A stretch of DNA of 64,000 nucleotides from an uncultured candidate division Zixibacteria bacterium (GCA_963664195.1 OY760907.1:1088001-1152000), one strand, 5' to 3'; shown: positions 38,057-47,440, numbered from the stretch's first letter. Program-made: numbers and translations. Notes: generated from the sequence alone by a model not told the origin.

Positions 38057-39268
38057 ATGAAAAAGACTATTATTGCTATAACGATACTGATGCTGGCGGC
38101 TGCCTCTGCTGATGGCCAGTTCCTCGAAGATGAAGCGACTGTTCCGGACACGGTACTGCCTCATACTACCTACGACGTACCAACTGTCAGGCTCAATGAC
38201 AACGCGATTTCCTTCCAAAACAGCCTTTACCCCGGCTATTACAAGAACGCCTCGTCTTACGGCGATATGCGCTGGGTTCGACGCAACGACAGCAGCTTTG
38301 TCGATTTCTGGCAGAACCACGGCGACAGCGTATTGCTCGTTTTGTCCGAGCTGTCCGGGATCGAATGGGTCGAGGGCCGATTTGATATCTACCTCGTTCG
38401 TTACTACCCAACCGTGGGCAGCGGAGACCCGGCCGTCATTCCACTGGGCGGCATACGTCAGGGAGCGGTCAGCGAGGCTCCCCCGCAGGGGAGCAAACTG
38501 CACCTGGACCTGATCTACCAACTGGCACACCGGATGCTCAATCAGGTCGAACGCTCCGAAGATCCGTTCATGAGATCCATGGCCGGACACCCGCTCATGC
38601 GCCCCGGAGTGTACCGTCGCGACAATCTCGCCATGCTTCTGGCGCTGGTTACCTCGCAACAGGTGTTGGGGTTGGATTCGACTTTCGATGCCTACCAATC
38701 AGCATTCTGGAAACAGCGTCATCCCGGACGGCAGGTGTTCGAGGAATACCTGCTCTCAGAGTGGATTTTGACTGCTGACCGTCCGCTGGCCCAGTGGGTG
38801 GTTGAGGAACCCTACGCTTCGAATCTCGTCAGTATGACCCGTCCGCCGCGACGACAGACGAATGATCAGGACACGCGAAAACGCGTATATGTCGAGGATG
38901 TCCCGCTAAAGGGACAACTCGGTTTTTCTGTCAAGTTTGGCAATTCCGGTCAACTCGTGGTGGACAAGATCGACTACTCCCGTCTGGCTTATGCCTGCGG
39001 ATTGCGCGAGGAAGACGTGATTCGGAGTGTCGACGGTTCCCGCGTAAGGAGCCACAAAGACATGATCCAGAAAATCCTGGCGGGGATGGATGAAGGCGGC
39101 GCCACGGTCACGGTTCTTCGGGAAGAACATACGCTGGCGGTACTGATACAGCCGATGGACGTTTTCTACGACGAGGACCTGTACTGGGAAGAGTACGAAG
39201 ACTCGCTGTACTACGAAACGCCGCCGGTCGTGGATTCGGCTGTCGTCCCGCCGGGACCGGAGGAGTAG
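38057..39268 (+). CDS. Secreted protein with C-terminal PDZ domain
   Basis: Signal peptide; LGFSV...LVVDKI..S.LA...GLREEDVIRSVDG PDZ pattern; acidic tail. Confidence 0.75.
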   Translation: MKKTIIAITILMLAAASADGQFLEDEATVPDTVLPHTTYDVPTVRLNDNAISFQNSLYPGYYKNASSYGDMRWVRRNDSSFVDFWQNHGDSVLLVLSELSGIEWVEGRFDIYLVRYYPTVGSGDPAVIPLGGIRQGAVSEAPPQGSKLHLDLIYQLAHRMLNQVERSEDPFMRSMAGHPLMRPGVYRRDNLAMLLALVTSQQVLGLDSTFDAYQSAFWKQRHPGRQVFEEYLLSEWILTADRPLAQWVVEEPYASNLVSMTRPPRRQTNDQDTRKRVYVEDVPLKGQLGFSVKFGNSGQLVVDKIDYSRLAYACGLREEDVIRSVDGSRVRSHKDMIQKILAGMDEGGATVTVLREEHTLAVLIQPMDVFYDEDLYWEEYEDSLYYETPPVVDSAVVPPGPEE

Positions 39269-39645
39269 GCCCCGGGTCCGGCGGCCTGTCTGCTGGACAT
39301 TTTCGTCTCCGATGCACAAGGCCGGAACCAAATCCACGAGTCAGCCCAACTCAGGAGTCTCTGGTGCCATAAATTCCCCAGCCCGAACATCCGACACAAA
39401 ACGTCAGAATCTGACTAGATATTCAGCCCTTCTTCGATAAGATGATGCCATTCTTGCCTCTGAAGGAACAAATCGCCGTCAAGACGGCTTCTATAGGTGT
39501 AATACCCTGAGTTCTAAATATGTAGTTTTAAGAGCAAGAAACTGTTATGGCGGTTTTCGGGCAAGGGCGGCAATGGAATGAACCCGTCCCTCTGCAGTGT
39601 GCCGCAATGCAAATGTAACCCAGTGACCTGGGAAAAGAGGCGAAT

Positions 39646-41121
39646 ATGAGAAATTCCATCGTGTTGTTCAGAATGCTGGTGGTGAGTTTAGTGGTACTGT
39701 GCTGTACGACATTAGCCTTCGCGCAGTCAAGTGACGTGAAGGCCAGTCTCTTCAGAGACGTCGATGCGGCGATGGCGAGTGCCAAACAGGCCAACGCCGA
39801 ATTACTCACCCCCAAGACATTCGGCAAGGCCATGAAGCTATATGCCGAAGCAACAAGGGATTACGAACGGGGAAACAACCTTGAAGACATCCGAAAAAAA
39901 CTCGGAGAAACCGTGACGCTCTTCCGGGAGTCAACAAATGCCACGAAGCAGGCCAACCTGACTTTTGCTGAAACCCTGAAGGCGCGCGAAAAGGCTGTGA
40001 CGGCGGAATCGTCGAAGCACGCGACCAAGAGTTGGACGGAGGCTGAAAAGGAGCTTGCGGACGCCACCGTAAAGCTTGAAGACGGGGACGTCAAATCGGC
40101 GCAGAAGAGCTCGGGTGAGATTTCAGACATGTACAGGAGGACGGAACTTGAGGCGATCAAATCCAAACATCTGTCCAAAACTTGGAGTATGTTGGAAACT
40201 GCCAGGAAAAACGATGTTCCCGCATACTCGCCTGCGACCTTTGCCAGAGCGGAGGCTTTGGCCCGGCAGGCGGAGACCAAACTGACACAGAACAGGTACG
40301 ATACTGACACACCGATCAGTCTGGCAAGCGAGGCTAATTACGAGATCAAGCATGCCACCTATCTGGCCACTATCGTACATAAAATGAAAAGCCCTGCGGA
40401 CTTTGAGGCAGTCGCCCTGAAGGCTGAGGAGCCGCTGAGCAAGACCGCGACCACACTCGGCCTTGAGACCCCCCGGTTCGATGAGGGGACGGGAAAGGTG
40501 ACCAGACAGATCAATGAGAGCATAGTAGCGTTGCAGGGATCTCAAGACAGGCTCACCCGGAGTCTGTCAGAAAAGCAGCAGGAGATTGCGACTCTGGATG
40601 TCCGTGTGGACGAACTCGAGACACAACTGGGCATGTCAGCCACTGAGAAAACGTCTCTTGCCCGACAAATGCAGGACGATGCCGCGTCACGGGAGAGATT
40701 CACTGCGGTCGAACGATCGTATGCCCCAAGCGAGGCACGAGTTCTGCGCGAGGGTAACAATGTCATCATTCGTCTGATTGGATTGAGTTTCGAGTCGGGC
40801 AAGTCCACTCTCGACCCCAGCCATTTTGGGCTGCTGTCCAAGGTCAAGGCATCGATAGGCCAATTTCCCGGCTGGGCGGTTAGGGTTCAGGGGCATACCG
40901 ATTCGCGCGGAGGCAACGCAGCCAATCTCGCACTTTCACAGCAACGAGCAGAGGCTGTCAGGGCTTACCTGGAGGCCAATATGAATCTGGACAAGTCGCT
41001 ACTGAATGCTGATGGTTATGGTGATAGTCTTCCTATTGCCTCCAACGAAACCGTCGAAGGGCGGGCGATGAATCGTCGTATCGATATCGTCATTCAGCCA
41101 ACTTCGCAAATGGCCAAATAA
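39646..41121 (+). CDS. OmpA-family peptidoglycan-binding protein with helical repeat/coiled-coil N-terminus
   Basis: Signal peptide; FESGKS, QGHTDSRG...NLALSQQRAEAV, GYG...P...N....GRAMNRR. Confidence 0.9.
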   Translation: MRNSIVLFRMLVVSLVVLCCTTLAFAQSSDVKASLFRDVDAAMASAKQANAELLTPKTFGKAMKLYAEATRDYERGNNLEDIRKKLGETVTLFRESTNATKQANLTFAETLKAREKAVTAESSKHATKSWTEAEKELADATVKLEDGDVKSAQKSSGEISDMYRRTELEAIKSKHLSKTWSMLETARKNDVPAYSPATFARAEALARQAETKLTQNRYDTDTPISLASEANYEIKHATYLATIVHKMKSPADFEAVALKAEEPLSKTATTLGLETPRFDEGTGKVTRQINESIVALQGSQDRLTRSLSEKQQEIATLDVRVDELETQLGMSATEKTSLARQMQDDAASRERFTAVERSYAPSEARVLREGNNVIIRLIGLSFESGKSTLDPSHFGLLSKVKASIGQFPGWAVRVQGHTDSRGGNAANLALSQQRAEAVRAYLEANMNLDKSLLNADGYGDSLPIASNETVEGRAMNRRIDIVIQPTSQMAK

Positions 41122-41133
41122 ACTCCAATTGCG

Positions 41134-41164
41134 GTCCAGGCGGCTCCTGCGGAGCCGCCTGGAC
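41134..41164 (+). terminator. Perfect 14-bp hairpin after the OmpA-family gene (terminator or stabiliser)
   Basis: GTCCAGGCGGCTCC-tgc-GGAGCCGCCTGGAC; no U-tract. Confidence 0.5.
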
Positions 41165-41313
41165 AATACTTCCAGTACCAGGGTCAGCCCGTTCTTCTGT
41201 TGCCCCCACCTGTTGTTGACAGTATTATTCGTCCTGATTCCGTTACCGTGTTGTGCTTTGGGTTGCATGCATTTCACGGCCACGAGACCTCGAATTCATA
41301 TTGAGGCTGTCAC

Positions 41314-42363
41314 ATGAGTTGGTTGCAAGTCGTTCTTGATAAACTGGTCGGTTTCATTCCGACTGCTGTCGCGGTGGTCGTCATCGTGCTGGTCATGGTC
41401 GCTGTCCGTGCCCTCCTCAGTCGAGGCAATTCCGGCGGCTCCAAGCAGTCCTTTCGAAGCCAGATATTCTCGATTGTAATCTTCCTGATTGGACTGGTAG
41501 TCATAATACTCACACTTCCGGTGAAAGACTCCACGACCGGTCAATTGCTGAGCTTGCTGGGAATTCTTCTCTCCGCCGCGATTGCGCTTTCCGCGACAAC
41601 GTTTGTGGGCAACATGATGGCCGGCTTGCAGATGAGAGCCGTTAAGAACTTCCGGGCAGGAGATTTTGTCCACGTAGGAGATCATTTCGGTCGTGTGTCG
41701 GAGCGCGGACTGTTTCATGTCGAAATTCAAACCGAAGACCGCGACCTCACCACACTACCCAACCTCTACCTCGTGACAAATGCGGTGAAAGTCGTGCGGA
41801 CATCGGGGACGCTCGTATCTGCCGAAGTCTCGCTCGGATATGATGTTCCCCGTGACGTAATCGAAACCTCGCTGCTCGAAGCTGCTGCCGATACGGGCCT
41901 CCAGGAACCGTTCGTGCACGTGATGGAGCTAGGTGATTTCTCCATCACCTATCGCGCCGCCGGTCTGCTCGAGGATGTCAAGAGCCTCCTGTCCGTGCGG
42001 TCACGCCTTCGAAAAAAAATGCTTGACCATCTGCACGCAGCCGGTATCGAGATCGTTTCACCGGCTTTCATGAATCAGCGGGTACTTGACCCCAAGCGAG
42101 CATTTATCCCCACTCGAGTCTCCAAAGACGAAGGAACGGAGCTGCCCGAAGCGGTCGTGTTCGACAAAGCCGACGAGGCGGAATCGCTTGAGAAACTGCA
42201 ACAGCGAATCGATGAACTCGGTAAGGAGCAGGACGAACTCAAGGCCACGCTATCTGAGACAGAGGATTATGTGGAGAAACGCTCCATTGAGGGCAAAATT
42301 GATCGGATCGAACGGAGCATTGAGGGCTTGAAGCAACATATCAGAGAACGCGAGGTGGAGTAG
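41314..42363 (+). CDS. Small-conductance mechanosensitive channel MscS family with C-terminal coiled coil
   Basis: Three TM helices; GNMMAGL...FRAGDFV.VG...GRV, LPN. Confidence 0.88.
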   Translation: MSWLQVVLDKLVGFIPTAVAVVVIVLVMVAVRALLSRGNSGGSKQSFRSQIFSIVIFLIGLVVIILTLPVKDSTTGQLLSLLGILLSAAIALSATTFVGNMMAGLQMRAVKNFRAGDFVHVGDHFGRVSERGLFHVEIQTEDRDLTTLPNLYLVTNAVKVVRTSGTLVSAEVSLGYDVPRDVIETSLLEAAADTGLQEPFVHVMELGDFSITYRAAGLLEDVKSLLSVRSRLRKKMLDHLHAAGIEIVSPAFMNQRVLDPKRAFIPTRVSKDEGTELPEAVVFDKADEAESLEKLQQRIDELGKEQDELKATLSETEDYVEKRSIEGKIDRIERSIEGLKQHIREREVE

Positions 42364-42372
42364 GCAGGCACG

Positions 42373-42759
42373 ATGGCTATCCATATCGTAAGACTCGGCA
42401 CCGACCGTCTCAAGAACGAAGGACTTCGTATCGGCACTGTCCGTCGTCCTCCCAGAGGCGTACCAAAGACGGAGTTCTCCTCAAGAGATTTCTATGATGT
42501 CTGGTTGCCGAATCTTTCGCCAAGTGTCGAGACAATGAAACTCGGCAACGCCGTGACCACCGACAGGGAGTGGGCGACGTTCGAGAGGAAGTACCGCAAG
42601 GAGATGTCAACTCCCGAGGCTTCGCACGTTCTCGAGCTGCTGGCGGCGCTCTCACATCAGACAGATTTCTCGGTTGGCTGCTACTGTGAAAACGAGGATC
42701 GTTGTCACCGCTCGGTGCTGATGAAGCTGCTTATTGAGAAGGGTGCTGTGGTGATGTAG
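42373..42759 (+). CDS. DUF488 (YeaO-like) protein
   Basis: RIGTVRRPPRGV.K, W.P.LSPS, CYCE.E..CHRS. Confidence 0.85.
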   Translation: MAIHIVRLGTDRLKNEGLRIGTVRRPPRGVPKTEFSSRDFYDVWLPNLSPSVETMKLGNAVTTDREWATFERKYRKEMSTPEASHVLELLAALSHQTDFSVGCYCENEDRCHRSVLMKLLIEKGAVVM

Positions 42760-42840
42760 TACAGAACCCCTGCCCGAACCATAACAGCGATCGACTCAGG
42801 GGTTGATGCGGTTAAGAATCATAGTATCACTCAGGACACC

Positions 42841-43086
42841 CTACAGACTCAATCCGCTTTCCTTGACCGTCAGAGCGTGCTCGCCCAACGACCTTCCGTG
42901 GAGTTCCTTGATGGCCCGCGATGCCTGATTGTCAAAGGGCATTGTCACAAAACCGAAGATGCCGACCTTACAGTCGGGCGATTTTTCGCCGATGCTGATC
43001 TTGTCAACTCTGCCGTACATTTCGAATGCCCGCCGAATCTGGCATTCCTCGGTCTTGGGTGATAGATTGCCTACGTAAATGTTCAT
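42841..43086 (-). CDS. RRM (RNP-1) RNA-binding protein, divergent copy
   Basis: RNP2 IYVGNL; RNP1-like GIFGFVTM; GAGG RBS. Confidence 0.85.
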   Translation of the reverse strand: MNIYVGNLSPKTEECQIRRAFEMYGRVDKISIGEKSPDCKVGIFGFVTMPFDNQASRAIKELHGRSLGEHALTVKESGLSL

Positions 43087-43167
43087 ATCATTTTCCTCTC
43101 GTCGGTGTTTTTCTTACTCATATAACAGGGGCCTCACTGGATTCCAGGCCCAAATGCTTGTCTCAGA

Positions 43168-43536
43168 TCAACTCTCTGCCAGGCAGTAGCTGTTGGTGCC
43201 ATATCTGACCGCATCCAGTCGCAACATGTGCTTGCGAAGGTCCAATTCACCGGAGAGAAGGCCGGGAAAGAGCTTCATCGCTTTCTGGATCTGCTCGGTG
43301 CTGAAGTGCCTGGTATGTGCCTTCTCGTTCGACCACTCCTCCATGAGAGTGAATTCGGTTGAGTCGCAACCATTCTCTATCATCTCGCACGACAGACAAC
43401 CGCTCTCGACTCTGGTCAGACTGACCAATTCAAGCAGGCGCTGGCGAAGTTCATCGGCTCTCTCCGGAAGACCTCGTATCCGCGCTAGAACGCCAAAACT
43501 GTTTCTCTTCTTTCGTAACATGTTCTTTGTATTCAT
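43168..43536 (-). CDS. Antibiotic biosynthesis monooxygenase (ABM)/putative quinol monooxygenase family protein
   Basis: TR.E.GCL...F.L.EEW....H..H pattern. Confidence 0.8.
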   Translation of the reverse strand: MNTKNMLRKKRNSFGVLARIRGLPERADELRQRLLELVSLTRVESGCLSCEMIENGCDSTEFTLMEEWSNEKAHTRHFSTEQIQKAMKLFPGLLSGELDLRKHMLRLDAVRYGTNSYCLAES

Positions 43537-43742
43537 TTCCTATTTGAGTGACTGGCTCTCACGCGAGCCGTCTGTCTGTTGCGGGCGGCCAGGGTGCCGG
43601 CCAGAAAACTTGGGATAAGCCCGAGCATGATCCATGCAATAATTAACACTACTGACGTCCTCTTCTTGGGAATGCGGGATTTGCCGCGCTGATGGAAAAT
43701 CACCGAAGGAGCCTTTAATGGGATGCGACTCCTTCGATTCAA
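43533..43742 (-). CDS. Possible small single-TM protein
   Basis: Hydrophobic VVLIIAWIMLGLIPSFLAG segment; its stop overlaps the ABM start (ATGA); start codon uncertain. Confidence 0.3.
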   Translation of the reverse strand: MNRRSRIPLKAPSVIFHQRGKSRIPKKRTSVVLIIAWIMLGLIPSFLAGTLAARNRQTARVRASHSNRK

Positions 43743-43774
43743 TGCGTCTAATCAGTATTTCAACTGATCCAGGC

Positions 43775-44017
43775 CTACTGCTTGTTGGCCTCATTCACTT
43801 TGAGAAGGTTGCCGATCAGATCAAAACCGTGCAAACCGGTGATCGCTTCCTTCGCATTCTCATCGGAGGTCATCTCCACGAATGCAAATCCTTTCGGCTT
43901 GTTGCTCTCTTTATCCTTCACAATGCTGAGCGAGGACACTTCGCCGTATTTTTCAAAGGACTCGCGAAGTTGCAGTTCGGTTGTGTCGGCAGCCAGATTG
44001 CCTACGTAAATCTTCAT
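43775..44017 (-). CDS. RRM (RNP-1) RNA-binding protein
   Basis: RNP2 IYVGNL; RNP1 KGFAFVEM; L.VNEA; AAGGAG RBS. Confidence 0.93.
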   Translation of the reverse strand: MKIYVGNLAADTTELQLRESFEKYGEVSSLSIVKDKESNKPKGFAFVEMTSDENAKEAITGLHGFDLIGNLLKVNEANKQ

Positions 44018-44398
44018 ACAAATCTCCTTTTGTACTCGTCCGAGTGCTCGTTTCTATTGGCACACCGGATAGTGTGGGTCAGGCGCGCAATAGCGCCATA
44101 GTTAACATATTAAGGGTTCGTCAAGAATTGAAGTGCCAGGACAAGGCTTGAAAAACGATCAACTGGTTAACACTTGATCTATGCTCTTATACGGGAAAAT
44201 CGAACAAACATCGAGTTTATTCTCGGTTTGGAACGAAATACATCCTGAACGGCTCCCCCGGAACCCGACAATCCTCTGCCAAAGAGGCCTTTTCAGGCCC
44301 AGTACGCCCTTTTTCACGAAAACAGACAGCCTCGAGTTGCCTTTGTGGGGAAATGCTCCAGTGATCCGGCCGACAGTAGATTTAGCATAATTATCAGC

Positions 44399-45451
44399 CT
44401 AAAGTCCCAGGAGCACCGATTCCGAACAGAAGCCGGGTCCCAGAGCTGAGATGAGGCCATGACCGCCACCATCTGACCTGTGATCTTGCATGAAGCGTTC
44501 CAGGACAAACATTACGGTGACTGAAGACATGTTGCCGTAATCGCGGAGAATACCGCGTGAAAGCGCCAACTGACCGTCGGACAGCGCTAGCGCCTCTTCG
44601 TAGGCCTCGATCACTTTCGTTCCGCCCGGATGGAAGATAAATGCCTCAATGTCGGCCAGGGATAGACTGTGCTGCCCAAGAAAAGCCGTGAGGTCCTCAC
44701 GGGAGGTCTCTCTCACTATCCTCGGAATCCGCTGAGCAAAGACGACCTGCAACCCTTTGCTGACTACCGACCAGCCCATGACATCGAGCGAGTCCGGATA
44801 GAACCGGCTGTTGGTTGCCAGGATGTCGAGCCCCTCCCCCGGGATATCGTCGCCGGTGATCAAAACGGCGGCAGCCCCCTCACCGAAAAGCGCCGAGGCA
44901 ACAAGATTGGACTTAGAGAAATCGTCGGCGACAAATGTCAAGCCGCACAGTTCCGCCGCTACGACGACAATCCGTTCCTCTGGATGCCCCAGCGCGTAGT
45001 GAAAGGCATGTGAAATGCCGGCGGCCCCTCCGGCACAGCCTAATCCCCAGATAGGTGTGCGCCGGATACTGTCGCGGAGATTGAGCTTGTTGATAATGCG
45101 GGCGTCGATTGAGGGCGTGGCGATTCCAGTCGTGTTGACGAATATGAGATAGTCAATTTCCCCCGGTCTAAGACTGCACGTCTCCATCAGCTGCGAGACC
45201 GCTCTGCAGGAGAGTTCGGTGGCAGACTCGACGTACCGTTGGTTCTTCTCTTCAAGGGAGTGTGGCTCGCAGAACCAATCCAACGGCGCGGAGAGGTATC
45301 GTTTGTCGATGCCGCTGTTGACGAATATCGGCAAGAGTCTGTCGAGGTCGGCAACGTGGTTGCTGAAGAGACTGCGGGCAAACCCCTCGGCCATATCCTG
45401 GGTTACGCAGTATTCTGGAACGGCCGTTGTTACGGCACAGATTTTCGGCAT
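44399..45451 (-). CDS. Type III polyketide synthase (chalcone synthase-like; BpsA/SrsA-type)
   Basis: GLGCAGG (Cys), HPGG (His), GNMSS (Asn) catalytic triad; LFGEGAAA; GPGF. Confidence 0.93.
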   Translation of the reverse strand: MPKICAVTTAVPEYCVTQDMAEGFARSLFSNHVADLDRLLPIFVNSGIDKRYLSAPLDWFCEPHSLEEKNQRYVESATELSCRAVSQLMETCSLRPGEIDYLIFVNTTGIATPSIDARIINKLNLRDSIRRTPIWGLGCAGGAAGISHAFHYALGHPEERIVVVAAELCGLTFVADDFSKSNLVASALFGEGAAAVLITGDDIPGEGLDILATNSRFYPDSLDVMGWSVVSKGLQVVFAQRIPRIVRETSREDLTAFLGQHSLSLADIEAFIFHPGGTKVIEAYEEALALSDGQLALSRGILRDYGNMSSVTVMFVLERFMQDHRSDGGGHGLISALGPGFCSESVLLGL

Positions 45452-45716
45452 GGGGATCCTTTGGTGTTATCGACGCACATCACGTCTGTCTTCTGAACAC
45501 CAGAGAGGAGGTTTGTGTTCGCAGGAAGCTTCGGTACGCCGCCTAGAGCGGAGGGGCAAGGGGGATCATCGGAACGGTTCTGTCATCGTCGCGGTTGCGT
45601 CTCCCCGTTTCCTCGCTCGGTGCATCATCGCCCATGCTCACAGATCGCGCAATCCGAATGTGTGATTGTGACGCCCCCAACATCCCCATATATTGCGTTA
45701 ATATGGAGGAATAACT

Positions 45717-46871
45717 ATGACAAATACGCTCTTTGATGCAATTGAGAGGACGAATACAGGTCCGGCCGAGTACGGCGAAAGTCAGTTTGATTATGTCAAC
45801 ATATCCAATCGAGAGTACTTGATCGATGCCAGAGAGATCGCTGAGAAATGGTTTTCAGAATACACCAACCTGAATCCTAATGCTGCAGCGGATCTAAGAA
45901 AGCGTTTTCGGTCGAGTGCGAATCAACACCACTTCGCGGCACTGACGGAACTATACCTGCACCAACTGCTAATATCCAACCGATTTGAGCCCCAAGCTCA
46001 CCCAGAGTTGCCCAATGTAACGACTCGACCGGAGTTTCTTGCCTCACGTGATGGTGAACCGGTTCTAGTTGCCGAGGCTGTACTGGTCTATAATGATAAG
46101 GTTTCAGAGAGGGTAGACAAATTCTTGGCCAACATATACGCTGCGATTGATGCGGTCGATTCCAAGGATTTCACGATTACAGTAACTGTCAAGTCAAGAG
46201 ACGCAAACACGCAACCCAAAACGAGCAGCATTACGAGATTTCTGCAAGGAAGAATCAGCGCACTGGATTATGCCACCGTTTGCAGGGAGGCGGAAGACAG
46301 CGACAGCCTGCCGGAGTGGCCGTACACTCAGGGCAGATGGCAAATCGTGTTTACGGCCAAGCCCGCCAAGGGGACTAGAAATCACAGGACAGCCAAGTCG
46401 AGAAATCTTGGCGTGATTTCACAAGGGGCTAAGAGAGTCTCTCTGGATAGTGCAATGAGAGACAACATTCTCATAAAAAGCAAGAAGTACGGCAAGTTCG
46501 GAATTCCTTTCATTATCGCCGTGGGAGTGATTCGCGACAGCATCTTATGTCGCGACGACATAATAATGGATGCATTATGCGGCAAGGAGGTACACGATTG
46601 CACATTCTCTGGCGATGAACTCATAGCGGTAGAATCGCGCCGCACAATGGACGGTGCGTGGACCAACCCACGAACGGGCAAAGCAAGGAATGCTCATGTG
46701 AGTGGTCTGCTTTTCTTGCCCGGTCTCAATATGGGTACGCTTGAGTCTGTTAGGCCGGTCTTATGGCATCACCCAGAGGCAACTCACCCACTAGACTTTG
46801 AGACTCTGAGTGTCGAGCAGAGGTACTTTGACAAGGAGAAGGGAGAACTTAAGCGCTACCCTGAAGGATGA
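45717..46871 (+). CDS. Hypothetical protein, possible PD-(D/E)XK restriction-endonuclease-like fold
   Basis: GGAGG RBS; ELYL...L...PELP...RPEF.......AEA pattern; visibly lower GC than neighbours. Confidence 0.55.
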   Translation: MTNTLFDAIERTNTGPAEYGESQFDYVNISNREYLIDAREIAEKWFSEYTNLNPNAAADLRKRFRSSANQHHFAALTELYLHQLLISNRFEPQAHPELPNVTTRPEFLASRDGEPVLVAEAVLVYNDKVSERVDKFLANIYAAIDAVDSKDFTITVTVKSRDANTQPKTSSITRFLQGRISALDYATVCREAEDSDSLPEWPYTQGRWQIVFTAKPAKGTRNHRTAKSRNLGVISQGAKRVSLDSAMRDNILIKSKKYGKFGIPFIIAVGVIRDSILCRDDIIMDALCGKEVHDCTFSGDELIAVESRRTMDGAWTNPRTGKARNAHVSGLLFLPGLNMGTLESVRPVLWHHPEATHPLDFETLSVEQRYFDKEKGELKRYPEG

Positions 46872-46961
46872 CGATGTCGCGCGGGCGGGCGTCGGGTCTA
46901 GGGTGGGAATCCAATCCCACAGCAAGCGGTGCGGCGGAGGGATCGATACATGCCCCCCCAC

Positions 46962-46995
46962 AAAAAAACCCAACCCTGTCTCCAGGGTCGGGTTT
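46962..46995 (-). terminator. Rho-independent terminator after the basic Myb-like gene
   Basis: CCCAACCCTG-tctc-CAGGGTCGGG stem with A7 run on + strand. Confidence 0.7.
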
Positions 46996-47041
46996 GTATT
47001 CGCCGCAGCCTCAAGAATGAGACTGTGTACGGTCGGTATTA

Positions 47042-47440
47042 CTAGCGACGCTTTTTCGTGGTACGACGAGCAACCTTGCGGCTCTTCGTCGGACGAGCGG
47101 TGCGGGTAGTGCGACCGGAACTGGCTTTCCAGGTGGTCTTCTTCGGGGTGTTGCGCTTCGGGGTCGCTTTCGTGACGCCGGTGTTACCTCTCCAAACAGA
47201 AGGAGTCGCTTTCTTAATGTTCAGATCACACGCTTTGTACCGAACGGAATAGACGGTACGACCGAGCTGCTTGGCAACCCAGGAGGTCTCGTTGTTCCGA
47301 TAGTACTTGCGGATGAATGCTACGTCCTCGCGAGTCCAAACGTTACCGCCCTTGGAGGCAACACGCTTGCTGGTACGACGCGGGGTCACTTTGCGAGTCG
47401 TGGCGCGACTTACGCTTCTTCTGGTTTTTCTGGCAGCCAT
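47042..47440 (-). CDS. Very basic small protein: Myb/SANT-like HTH core flanked by Arg/Lys/Thr-rich tails (putative nucleoid/chromatin protein)
   Basis: Core WTREDVAFIRKYY...SWVAKQLGRTVYSVRYKA; about 41 R+K vs 4 D+E in 132 aa (hand count); AGGAG RBS; own terminator. Confidence 0.75.
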   Translation of the reverse strand: MAARKTRRSVSRATTRKVTPRRTSKRVASKGGNVWTREDVAFIRKYYRNNETSWVAKQLGRTVYSVRYKACDLNIKKATPSVWRGNTGVTKATPKRNTPKKTTWKASSGRTTRTARPTKSRKVARRTTKKRR

